A stretch of DNA of 64,000 nucleotides from a virus (taxonomy: Duplodnaviria; Caudoviricetes): positions 2,100-66,099 of the IMG/VR virus record IMGVR_UViG_3300048854_000065. One strand, given 5' to 3'. Every line of letters starts with the position of its first letter. Position 1 is the first letter of the stretch. A model generated the notes under the pieces. That model searched no databases and was not told the DNA's origin. It saw only the letters and a list, made by a program, of their open reading frames with translations. Below, one piece after another: positions 45,001-53,183 of the stretch. The position numbers were made by a program, and so were the translations under genes.

Positions 45001-45962
45001 GAGCAGTGGATGCTGGAGACTCGCGAGCCAACAAGCGCGTAGGTGATCTCTACTTCCGTGCCAGCGTGGTCGGCTCTCCCATCGCCGTGACGCCTTACCA
45101 GAATCAATACGCCAACGCAGTGGTGGGATTTGCGCCTACCTCGCTGGCGGTGGGCAGCGGCCTGCAGCCCTACATCGTAGACTTTGCCGATGGCGATGGA
45201 CTCGACGCCAACGATGTCGAAGTGGCGCTGTCGTGGAGCCTCGGCAACACGACCTACCTCGATCTCTGGCAGCCTGATTTCACCTTCTTCCCGGAGGATA
45301 CGCAGAATCGTCCTACCGACTGGACCGACATGGGTTCGACCGGGAACAACTTCGTGCAGGGACTTGTTCTGCAGGCCGATACTTTCAACCAGCCGAAGAG
45401 CATCGCCGTAGAGACGCAGGATGGCGTTCTGCATGTACCGGATCAGAACCCGGTAAAGTTCAACGGTGAAGGAAAGCAGACGCTCACCTTCACCCCTCCC
45501 TTCACTGGCTACATGGTGCGCATCGTCACGACCGACAATGTGCCATGGCGGTTGTGGCCTACACCTGATGCAGCATGGGTCAAGCAGCCCTATCCGCCTT
45601 CGGTGGTGAACTGGCAGACGCAGATGTCTTCGCTTGGCAATCAGGGATGGCAGCACATCCGCGAGATGAACATTGCCTATGCGGCCACGCAGGAGGTTAC
45701 GCTTACCCTGCGCTTCGATCCCGGAGCTACAACCTCGGCGATCACCCTGACTCTTCCGGCGACAGGAGGACTGCAGTCAAAGACGAAGTTCACCATCCCG
45801 GTGAATAAGTTCAAGCTGGTCAGTTTCCGTCTCAGCTCTGCAGCTCCCTTTAGCGTTTGGGAGGAAGACATGGAGTGCAAGATCGGCATGTGGGGACGGC
45901 AGACCCCGTACCTCAATATCAAACCCATTGGAGCTGAGAGCGGAGTAGGCGCGACGGTATGA
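42081..45962 (+). CDS. Tail nozzle/stabilisation-type protein with inserted lectin-like domains
   Basis: 1293 aa before ejection genes; PA14-like GNLFVPGPGTYNFTITSKD...YPIELDY; LecA-like QLQLGVDG...NSGSFTV. Confidence 0.6.
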   Translation: MSDEQQYKRDPNGNRFQMSGISTVLPIDMMAGKYPYLQNVRSYLGGRIMARATQSDAVASLGAPVHTLRRLNDTTPLGPPSGYALIGGAGDGLFCNSTEVATGLSGNPFAMVPFRPNSSPEPWMYCADSSQATHIINPAFNAAGMLKVRADGLTYKMGVKEPQDAPDVATETTTVTGSVSVLGTARPWSNVAGANPSFNYGDNGNGTGPSVIATPITGASVTLTATGIANVNGSPHSAGDAGPTGGSNPGQFMGGSCAILCGAWTDSSGNVIASGALSIGAGTTLIVPAGADQLQLGVDGTGGSFAANSGSFTVSYSIVTSPVTTVVSTLGQITAYYWGDSPHSGPVAAYIWKNAGDTGGSGPVRDISTAAGSTTNNSFLFDTTPSNPNSAMTWDVLDESGATVGQNVVFSPALESNGYQDFNMCIVGNLFVPGPGTYNFTITSKDNVMWGIGNNASWPGKGTIFGALGQNQTVVSSNPLLPSPTINGGGAATTITVAVTFPGAGVYPIELDYDYWFHSGRTLTLNCNGAVIPPISGSVKTDVSYVYVYRSSLTGATSNPSPQSPLQSIPAIANTITPEWSPDPQVDKVDYYRMDSGLDNYTYVGTGPNTNPPTSFTDTLLDSDVIGNPILQVDNYEPFPSIDFPVNGVVNVIGGVVHWASGNQFNVRWLPGTIINIGGIAYTLYNRPSSTTALLAVDVADGLGLSYEIAEPILAAQPMASMWGTSDNTLYAFACGDPLRAGTLYWCKGNNLDSAPDTNQQDVTSPSEPLINGVIVNGVGMVLSAENGWMIYPNFYAAQATVNGVSGSAFSLIRSGVTRGLYIRPCITTDGSGTFFYRSKDGIEASVGGSRQQSLTDDDLFNIFPHEGYVPQPITLGGFTIYPPDDSQPEKQKLNYATGYLYYDYVDTTGTPRTLVYDAQGKGWVVDVYQHSATLHTLEEGPNANDVLVGSSDGSIRPLRNGAAETGSAVVLTGAVDAGDSRANKRVGDLYFRASVVGSPIAVTPYQNQYANAVVGFAPTSLAVGSGLQPYIVDFADGDGLDANDVEVALSWSLGNTTYLDLWQPDFTFFPEDTQNRPTDWTDMGSTGNNFVQGLVLQADTFNQPKSIAVETQDGVLHVPDQNPVKFNGEGKQTLTFTPPFTGYMVRIVTTDNVPWRLWPTPDAAWVKQPYPPSVVNWQTQMSSLGNQGWQHIREMNIAYAATQEVTLTLRFDPGATTSAITLTLPATGGLQSKTKFTIPVNKFKLVSFRLSSAAPFSVWEEDMECKIGMWGRQTPYLNIKPIGAESGVGATV

Positions 45963-46966
45963 GCACGAACACCCCCAACATGTTTTGGCCCGACGTTGTA
46001 GATGAGGCAGGACCGAAGACCCACTTCGCCCTGACCATCGCACAGAACGCGATCCAGAGCCATGACAAGGCGATCATCCAACTGAAGAACCAACTCGACG
46101 CTGCAATCAAGAATGGCATCAGCGGAGGCGGTAGCAGCAGTGGTGGAGGATCGAGCAGTGGAGGAGGCAGCGGGGGAGGTGGTGGAACTACTCCCACATC
46201 GCCCACCCTCGGCACTGTGACCGTCATTGGGGCTACAACCTACATGACACAAACCTCCGACTACGGAGGCATTGTCGTCTTCACCAGTGCCAGCCCGGTG
46301 GCTGTCACGGTGAACTTCGCTGTATCGATGAACTGGTTTGCCACCTACGAGAACATTGGAGCTGGCCTCGTCACCTTCACGCCGAACAGTGGCACCATCA
46401 ATGGTGCAGCCTCGCTCGATCTGGCAACCGGAACCGGTTGCGTCATCTACTTCGATGGCATCAACTTCTACGCCTTCACCGTACCGATCGGGCTGGTGCT
46501 CCAGACCGATGGCGTGGTGAATGGAAACCAGAGCCTTCTGAACCTTGTCGCCGGAACCAACGTCACTCTGACCGATGATGGCGCAGGCAACATCACCATT
46601 GACGCCGGAGGCGGAGGCGGTACAGCCGACCGAGGAGCGCTGCAGTCGAATGCAAACGGCTGGTGGTGGGTGTGGACGGATGGCGTGATCGAGCAGTTTG
46701 GATCGGTCACCATCGCGGCAACGATGAATGAACAGGCAGCAGGATTGATTACCTTCCCGACCGCATTCACGACTCAGGTTTTTTCCTTTGAGGCTTACAT
46801 TGTCGGCTTGCCGAAACCGGCTTCCACCAGAACTGCCAGCGTGCAATCCAGCACCGTAGGCCTGACCACTTCAGGCATCAATCTGCAGTGCAATGTTCCG
46901 ACCGGAGGCGGTGGCGCAACTTTCGATCAGGCCGTAGCTGTGCAATGGCGCGCAGTCGGGATTTAG
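45959..46966 (+). CDS. Tail fiber protein with gp53-like C-terminal domain
   Basis: Gly/Ser linker; NGWWWVWTDGVIEQFG...ITFPTAFT...WRAVG. Confidence 0.7.
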   Translation: MSTNTPNMFWPDVVDEAGPKTHFALTIAQNAIQSHDKAIIQLKNQLDAAIKNGISGGGSSSGGGSSSGGGSGGGGGTTPTSPTLGTVTVIGATTYMTQTSDYGGIVVFTSASPVAVTVNFAVSMNWFATYENIGAGLVTFTPNSGTINGAASLDLATGTGCVIYFDGINFYAFTVPIGLVLQTDGVVNGNQSLLNLVAGTNVTLTDDGAGNITIDAGGGGGTADRGALQSNANGWWWVWTDGVIEQFGSVTIAATMNEQAAGLITFPTAFTTQVFSFEAYIVGLPKPASTRTASVQSSTVGLTTSGINLQCNVPTGGGGATFDQAVAVQWRAVGI

Positions 46967-46981
46967 ATTTTCAGTTGCGCA

Positions 46982-46999
46982 TGTAGGTTGTAGACTACA
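46982..46999. promoter_or_regulatory. Palindromic operator before ejection-protein genes
   Basis: TGTAGGTTGTAGACTACA, intergenic. Confidence 0.75.
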
Positions 47000-47017
47000 T
47001 GGCTAGGAGCCCTCCCC

Positions 47018-47569
47018 ATGAGCTTTGCCGCGTCCCTCTTTGGCGGTTCGAATCCGACGATCAATAAGCAGATCGATCAGCTCGGCAACTTCTCCGGGTC
47101 TACGATGAAGACCGGGTTTGCCGATACGAACGCGGCTTCGACCTTCTTCCAGTCGCTTCTGAATGGGAATGATTCGAAGGTGTTGGCTCCGCAGGTTCGT
47201 TCCATCCAGAACCAAACCCAACAGGCCAAGCAGACCGCTTCGCAGTTTGGCAACCGCTCCGGTGGAACCAACTCGCAGATGCAGCAGGCCGGAGCTACAG
47301 GGCGCGCTGCCTACAACGATCTTGTCTCCAGCCTCCTCGGCACGTCGGCAAGCTCGCTGGCTGGCATTGGCAGCAACCTGTTGAGCACCAGTCTGACCGG
47401 CTACCAGCAGCAGTTGAACGCATCGCAGCAGCAGATGCAGAACTGGCAGAACAGCATCTTCGGCAAGGGCATCACAGGTGCCATTGGAACCGCAGAGGGC
47501 TTCGGCCTCGGCATGGGCATGAACGCGATCAGCCCATCAACCTTTAGCACACTGTACGGGAGTCACTAA
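47018..47569 (+). CDS. Putative DNA pilot/ejection protein
   Basis: G/S/Q/A-rich, MSFAASLFGG start, typical position. Confidence 0.6.
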   Translation: MSFAASLFGGSNPTINKQIDQLGNFSGSTMKTGFADTNAASTFFQSLLNGNDSKVLAPQVRSIQNQTQQAKQTASQFGNRSGGTNSQMQQAGATGRAAYNDLVSSLLGTSASSLAGIGSNLLSTSLTGYQQQLNASQQQMQNWQNSIFGKGITGAIGTAEGFGLGMGMNAISPSTFSTLYGSH

Positions 47570-49233
47570 TGGGAGCTTTTGACCAAGGCTTTGCGTTTGG
47601 CGCGAGCACGGCTCAACGTCAGGCAGCCCACAAGCAGGCCTACTCCGACGAAGAGCATGAAACGATGCTCGGCGATCTGAACAACAGCATTACCAATCTT
47701 CAGAAGAGGATCGCTGAAGTTGGTCCCGGTCACCCCGATTATTCCGGGCTCCAGCGCCAACTCAATCAAGTCGTCGCTGATCGGACTGCGTTGTTCCACC
47801 CCAACCAGCCGGGTGGGCTTGAGAGGCTTGGCAAACTTCTCTGGGAAAAGGTTCATGGTCCTGACACTCCTGCGGCTGACGCACCTCGCATCGCTGAAGT
47901 TCCGATTGCGGGTACACAGGGTTCTACGTTACCTCCAATGCCCGGTGGTGGACCCGGTGGAGTGAGCATTACCACCCCTAATTTGCCTGCAACTTCTGTG
48001 CCAGTAGATACGCGGCCAAGCACTCCGACGAACACGCCGACGCCTGCAGAGCTGAAGTCTCGCATACCGCAGGACATCGCCGCAGGCGCGCAGCACACCA
48101 ACCAGTTTCGCGATCTGCATCAGGCTCTTGTCGAAGGTGGCTTCTCTCCTGAAGACGCAGCGAAGGCCGCACGCATCAGTGCAGGGCTCGCACCGAAGCC
48201 GATCTCGTATCGCCCTGTAGCTCCGCACTGGCAGCCCTACAAGCTGGCAGATGGATCGACGCAGGAATTCAATCTGAACGATCCGAACCTCGATCTCCCC
48301 GATGGGGCGATCCCGGTTCCGCTGGCTTCGACTATTCCGCATCAGTCAACGGCCGCGCAGGAGACTTACATCCGCAGCCAGTTTCCGAATGGTGCTACTC
48401 CAGAGCAGAGGGAGTGGGCGATTCGGCGCTATCAGGGACTTCTTCATCCCGATGGAAGTTCTTCGCACGAATCGATCCAGTACGATTCGGACGGTAACGC
48501 TCACATTGTCACGCTGGCCAGTTCGAATAAGAAAGGTTTTGGCGTCAATGGCCCTCCCCCTCCGAACGCTGATGGTAGCAGCCCTCAAGTTTCTAACGGC
48601 GGTGCTCCAGCCCCAACCGCAGCAAGAGCAACCGGAACAGCAACCCTTTCCGGACAGCCCGTCACGGTCGGGCAACCTACATCCACAGCCGCCGTCCCAC
48701 CACCCAAGACAGCCGGAGAGGCACGGAAACGAGTTTCATCGGTAAAGGGAGTTGCAGTGCCGGGAGTGGCTTCAGCTCCAGCAGGCGATTCGCGAGTAGC
48801 CGATCTTCACAAGAACACGCCAGCGCAGACTGCAGCGGATAAGAAGGTGGGCGACTTCACAGCGCTCTCTAAGCAGGCTGATCTAGCGGAGGCAGCTCCC
48901 AACGATGCCGTCAAGCAGCGCAGTCTTATTCTCGCGCTCATCAGGGCGAGTGCAGGCCGCGTCAACATGCAGGAGTACGACAGCTACGTGAAAAGGCAGG
49001 GTCTCGCCAACACGCTTGAGCAGTGGGCGAACAATGCCGAGAGCGGTGCTCTTCCGTCTGACATCTTCCGGAAGATCATCGGCGTAACGCGGGACTACAT
49101 GGCGGGTGCAAAGGCCGAACAGCAAGAGGCCTACAAAAACACCAACGTCAAAGGCAAGAACGGCAAGGGTGCGGCTCCAGCCGGTACGGAAGACATTGAC
49201 GCCATCATGAAGGCACTGAAGCAAGGGAAGTAA
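47569..49233 (+). CDS. Putative ejection (internal virion) protein
   Basis: MGAFDQGFAFG start, P/A-rich linkers, helical C-terminus. Confidence 0.55.
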   Translation: MGAFDQGFAFGASTAQRQAAHKQAYSDEEHETMLGDLNNSITNLQKRIAEVGPGHPDYSGLQRQLNQVVADRTALFHPNQPGGLERLGKLLWEKVHGPDTPAADAPRIAEVPIAGTQGSTLPPMPGGGPGGVSITTPNLPATSVPVDTRPSTPTNTPTPAELKSRIPQDIAAGAQHTNQFRDLHQALVEGGFSPEDAAKAARISAGLAPKPISYRPVAPHWQPYKLADGSTQEFNLNDPNLDLPDGAIPVPLASTIPHQSTAAQETYIRSQFPNGATPEQREWAIRRYQGLLHPDGSSSHESIQYDSDGNAHIVTLASSNKKGFGVNGPPPPNADGSSPQVSNGGAPAPTAARATGTATLSGQPVTVGQPTSTAAVPPPKTAGEARKRVSSVKGVAVPGVASAPAGDSRVADLHKNTPAQTAADKKVGDFTALSKQADLAEAAPNDAVKQRSLILALIRASAGRVNMQEYDSYVKRQGLANTLEQWANNAESGALPSDIFRKIIGVTRDYMAGAKAEQQEAYKNTNVKGKNGKGAAPAGTEDIDAIMKALKQGK

Positions 49234-49236
49234 GCC

Positions 49237-51588
49237 ATGCAGGATTTGACCCACGATCAGGCGATTGACGCGCTGCGGAACCTGCCCGAAGATAAGCAGC
49301 GTCAAGTTCTAGGACAGCTCACGCCTGAACAGCGACAGGGCATCCTTACAAAGTTGCAGGCTGGTGGGGCGGCCGCGCCTCCCCCTGCAGCAACTACTCC
49401 AGCAACTCTTCGCCAGAAGGCTCTTGGCATCGTAGACAAAGCACAGACCAACCTGCAGACGAACACGAAGGACGCTCCAGATACGGGAGGGTTCCTGCAC
49501 GATAACGTTGTTGCGCCAGTGGTGCACGTGGCGAACAGGATTGCTTCGAACGTTGTCGGAGCTGGTCTCGGCTTCGCCCACGAAGTACTCGCTCCTCCTC
49601 CGTCGTTTCAGGAGCAGTTGAATCAGGGTGAACAGGAGTTCAAGAACACATCCCCTGCAGCGATGGTGGCCAATAACATCCCATTGCTACCCGGCGTAGG
49701 GTCTCAGGTTCAGCAAGACGTTACCTCCGGTCATCCGGTCGGCGATGTACTCGCTGACGTGGCAACCGGGGCATTGGCCCATGGCGTATCGACGACACTA
49801 CCGGGGCGAGGCTTCGAAGCTGCGCGTACGCCGGGAGAGTTCAAAGAGAATGTGCGCAACTATGCGCGCAATCAACTCGGAGTGGATGAGGGCTTCTCGA
49901 AGAACATCGCGGAGAAGTACAGCAAAGAGCAACAAGGAGTTGAAGCTGCCAACCAGAAGGCGACAGAAGACACCCTGCGTGAGCGTGGCGTTGTTGATGA
50001 AAAGAACGCTGCCAAACTGAAGGCGCACGCCGAAAAGACCCGTCAGAGGATCGAGGCCAACACGCAGGCATTGAAGGATGCTGCAGAGAAGCGTGCACGT
50101 GCTCTTTCAGAGAACACAAGGGCAGCGCAATCGCACGAGGAAGCCGTCACGCGAGCCATGCAGGAGCGTGCGGCTGCAGAGCATACCGATACTCTGCGCA
50201 CGGAGGCGGAGAAGAACTACGACAAAGCCACACAGGATTACTTCGACAGCGAACGGAAGATCAAAGGTCAGGCCAAGGCGGCCAATGATACGCAGTGGGA
50301 TGCCCTGCGTAAGGTCGTGGGCGATGTTCCCATTGATCCCTCCGGCATCACCAACGTTGTGGAACAGCAGCGTTCAGCGATCTCGACTCCTGAAGAGGCG
50401 AAACTGTTTGACGATCAGCTCCGTTCGAAGATGTCTCCCGAAGAGGTTGCCGAAGACATGGGCCTCGCCGAGGAGTACGACAAGCTCTCGCCGGAGATGA
50501 AGGCGAACGTAGACAAGATGACTTCCTCTCTCGATAACATCGGCGGCATCGCCAAGGATGGAAGCGAGCCTCTGACCTTCAACAAGCTGCATGGCATCTA
50601 CACGGAGCTTGGTATGAAGCTCTCTCGCGGCAACCTGCCCGGTCAGGTGTGGCAGGGACTCAAGACGCTGCGCGAGAGTATCGGTGGGATGATGCAGACC
50701 GTAGCCGATCAGGCTGGAGTAGGTGAAGACCTGAAGGCGGCTCGCCAGTCCAACCGTGAGTATCAAGAGGCCTTCGGCCGGAAGCCTGTAGATCGCATGA
50801 CCCTGATGGATCAGCGCATGCAGGAGACCAACCCAGAGGCATTCAAAGCGCAGCGTGAGCAGACTCGCCTTGCTGCGTTGGCGAAGATCAGTCCAGAGCT
50901 GGTCGATCAGCACAAGAACGTGCAGGCAGCGCGCGAGACCGCACGCAGCTTCCCATCGCAAGAGAGCCTGCGGAAGGGATTGCCGGAGCCTCCGGATCGC
51001 CCTTCAGAGAAGCCATTGCCGGGACCGGTGAAGACGAAGCCATTGCCCAAGGCTCCAGAGCTGGATCAGTATGGACAGCCTAAGCCGGTGACGCCAGAAG
51101 CCGAAGTGCCCGACATCTCCGAAGCGGAGCGCGCGAAGATCAAAGAGAGCCTGAAGAAGTACGGCAGGGCGGGTGCGTGGGTGTTCCGCCTCGGCATCGG
51201 TACAGCCCTCGGCTCTTCACTCCTCGAAGGTCATCACATGCAGGGGTTCGGTAGCCAGTATGTGTTGGGTGAAGTTGGCCTGCAGGCTCTTACCAGAATC
51301 CTTCAGCGGGATAGCGTGATGGACTGGATGACACGGCCATCAGCAGAGACTCTGCGTGCAATCGATTCGGTACGGCCGGAAGATGCAGCTCGCCTGCGTG
51401 CGGGTCTGACTCAGATGGCGTTGAAGGATATCGAAGACAAGCACGCGCTCTCAGGCAAGATCGACCCACGGACGGCAAAGTTTCTTGGTCCGGAGAACAT
51501 GGCTTTGATTACTGCGGCGGTCACGTCGCAGAAACCCAAGAATGCAGACGAAGCAAAAAAGATGGCGAAGTCGGTTCAGTCGCGATAG
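49237..51588 (+). CDS. Putative large ejection (internal virion) protein
   Basis: 783 aa, helical, last large gene of the structural module. Confidence 0.55.
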   Translation: MQDLTHDQAIDALRNLPEDKQRQVLGQLTPEQRQGILTKLQAGGAAAPPPAATTPATLRQKALGIVDKAQTNLQTNTKDAPDTGGFLHDNVVAPVVHVANRIASNVVGAGLGFAHEVLAPPPSFQEQLNQGEQEFKNTSPAAMVANNIPLLPGVGSQVQQDVTSGHPVGDVLADVATGALAHGVSTTLPGRGFEAARTPGEFKENVRNYARNQLGVDEGFSKNIAEKYSKEQQGVEAANQKATEDTLRERGVVDEKNAAKLKAHAEKTRQRIEANTQALKDAAEKRARALSENTRAAQSHEEAVTRAMQERAAAEHTDTLRTEAEKNYDKATQDYFDSERKIKGQAKAANDTQWDALRKVVGDVPIDPSGITNVVEQQRSAISTPEEAKLFDDQLRSKMSPEEVAEDMGLAEEYDKLSPEMKANVDKMTSSLDNIGGIAKDGSEPLTFNKLHGIYTELGMKLSRGNLPGQVWQGLKTLRESIGGMMQTVADQAGVGEDLKAARQSNREYQEAFGRKPVDRMTLMDQRMQETNPEAFKAQREQTRLAALAKISPELVDQHKNVQAARETARSFPSQESLRKGLPEPPDRPSEKPLPGPVKTKPLPKAPELDQYGQPKPVTPEAEVPDISEAERAKIKESLKKYGRAGAWVFRLGIGTALGSSLLEGHHMQGFGSQYVLGEVGLQALTRILQRDSVMDWMTRPSAETLRAIDSVRPEDAARLRAGLTQMALKDIEDKHALSGKIDPRTAKFLGPENMALITAAVTSQKPKNADEAKKMAKSVQSR

Positions 51589-51692
51589 ATGTCGCGAACA
51601 GCGCCAATCGTTTTCAGAACGCAGACGGTCATGATGAGAAGCCATAACAAGAACATAGGATGCAAGTATACGCTTGCGCTTTTGGAGTGGTG

Positions 51693-52016
51693 ATGGAAGT
51701 TCCGCAGGGCTACAAATCGAAGGATGTGATTGATCGTCGGGGTGGGGAGCAGCCTTCTGTTGGCGACAAGGTACGCGATGCGTGGATCGCGACCAAGCGG
51801 GATTGGTCAGAGATGCGCGAGACCGAGAAGCGGAAGCGCGGCGAGCAGCCGAGTATGGAGTTCAAGCAGCTTGGCGATAAGAAGTATCCCACCTTCAAAA
51901 AGGGTGGCGTGGTTCGTAAGACCGGGCTGGTCTATGCGCACAAAGGCGAGACCATCATCCCGAAGAAGGCGAAGATGAAAGCCACTCGACGGAAGGGAAC
52001 CGCGCGCAAGAAATAG
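51693..52016 (+). CDS. Basic protein with GGxV...HxGExIIP motif
   Basis: FKKGGVVRKTGLVYAHKGETIIPKK. Confidence 0.55.
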   Translation: MEVPQGYKSKDVIDRRGGEQPSVGDKVRDAWIATKRDWSEMRETEKRKRGEQPSMEFKQLGDKKYPTFKKGGVVRKTGLVYAHKGETIIPKKAKMKATRRKGTARKK

Positions 52017-52036
52017 TGCAATGTTGCACTTGCGCA
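52015..52036. repeat. Inverted exact copy of the 22-bp sequence at 6847-6868
   Basis: AGTGCAATGTTGCACTTGCGCA. Confidence 0.8.
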
Positions 52037-52041
52037 GCGCC

Positions 52042-53022
52042 ATGAATACTCCTGATTTACTCACCCATTATGAGACCTGCGACCTGAAGGGCTTCTGGTC
52101 CCGAGACTGGAAGAGGCCTCGTCTCACCCCGAATGAGTTCCTGATTCAGGGGATGACAGCCGGACTGATCGAGAGTGAGCGGGAAGACATTGGTGAGCTG
52201 GCCGGGGAGACCGTCATGGACCTAGCTGTAAACCCCGGCATGGAGACTCCGGCAAGCAAGAACATCCATGAGTCAGTAGTTCATCACGCTACCCTTGCCG
52301 ACATCCTTACCACGGCCGTCAGGAGGCCGGGAGCCCATAGATGGCTCCAGCCTACAGCCACGGTCATCGGAGGGCACCTGTGGCATTCTGGAGCGTTCCT
52401 CGATCCCTCTGGAACCTACCTGCGTCGTCTGTCTCTGGTCAGCTCTTGGAACGATGAGCGCCACTACTCGGAGATGCGGAGCTGGTATTCCCTCGGCGAG
52501 GTGGCCGCCTACAACCTGCCCATGAAGGTGGTGGTTCTGGTCCTCGGTCAGCATAGGGACGGGAGGCGACATGGACCCTTCTCGAAGGGCTTCCTTCATC
52601 CCCAAAATAAGAAGCTCCGATTCCGGAAGAGAGCGGCCGTCACCTCGGAGGTGTTCTCTGATAAGTGGGCAAAGGTCTGGCGGGAGGAGCGTGACGAGAT
52701 CACCACGAAGACATGGCTCGAAGCCATGCTCGAAGATGACATCCTCCGGGACGTTTGCTTTGTGGAGGACCTGCCCATACCTCCCAAGGTCCAGCTCGAA
52801 AGAATCCGGGACATGGCAGCTCGGAAGCTGGATAGGCTGGCCGGGATGAAGGCGAAGCCAGAGGCATCGATGTCGGTCTGTGATCGGCCAGCCTGCCAGT
52901 TCAAGGGGTGTTGCTGGTCAGAGAAGCTGTACGAGCCTAGCGGGAAGAGCGGCTTCGTTCTTGTTCAGAAAATCGGTGGGGATTTCGGTGGGGGTACAGG
53001 CGGCAATGCCGGGCAAACGTAG
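52042..53022 (+). CDS. Divergent Cas4/AddB-like (PD-(D/E)XK fold) protein, catalytic motif not evident
   Basis: N-terminal THYETC..KGFW and C-terminal CDRPACQFKGCC (Fe-S staple pattern); no clear D...DxK. Confidence 0.45.
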   Translation: MNTPDLLTHYETCDLKGFWSRDWKRPRLTPNEFLIQGMTAGLIESEREDIGELAGETVMDLAVNPGMETPASKNIHESVVHHATLADILTTAVRRPGAHRWLQPTATVIGGHLWHSGAFLDPSGTYLRRLSLVSSWNDERHYSEMRSWYSLGEVAAYNLPMKVVVLVLGQHRDGRRHGPFSKGFLHPQNKKLRFRKRAAVTSEVFSDKWAKVWREERDEITTKTWLEAMLEDDILRDVCFVEDLPIPPKVQLERIRDMAARKLDRLAGMKAKPEASMSVCDRPACQFKGCCWSEKLYEPSGKSGFVLVQKIGGDFGGGTGGNAGQT

Positions 53023-53052
53023 GCAACACATCGTGGATGCAAAACGCACAAA

Positions 53053-53075
53053 ACCCGCTTCATCAGCGGGCTTTG
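53053..53075 (+). terminator. Hairpin terminator candidate
   Basis: CCCGCT-TCATC-AGCGGG flanked by AAAA and CTTT. Confidence 0.5.
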
Positions 53076-53118
53076 AGTAATGCAGGGTAAGTGTAGGTGA
53101 TGCTATTTTAGCCTTCGG

Positions 53119-53169
<51 letters not shown>

Positions 53170-53183
53170 ATAAAATCAACAAC

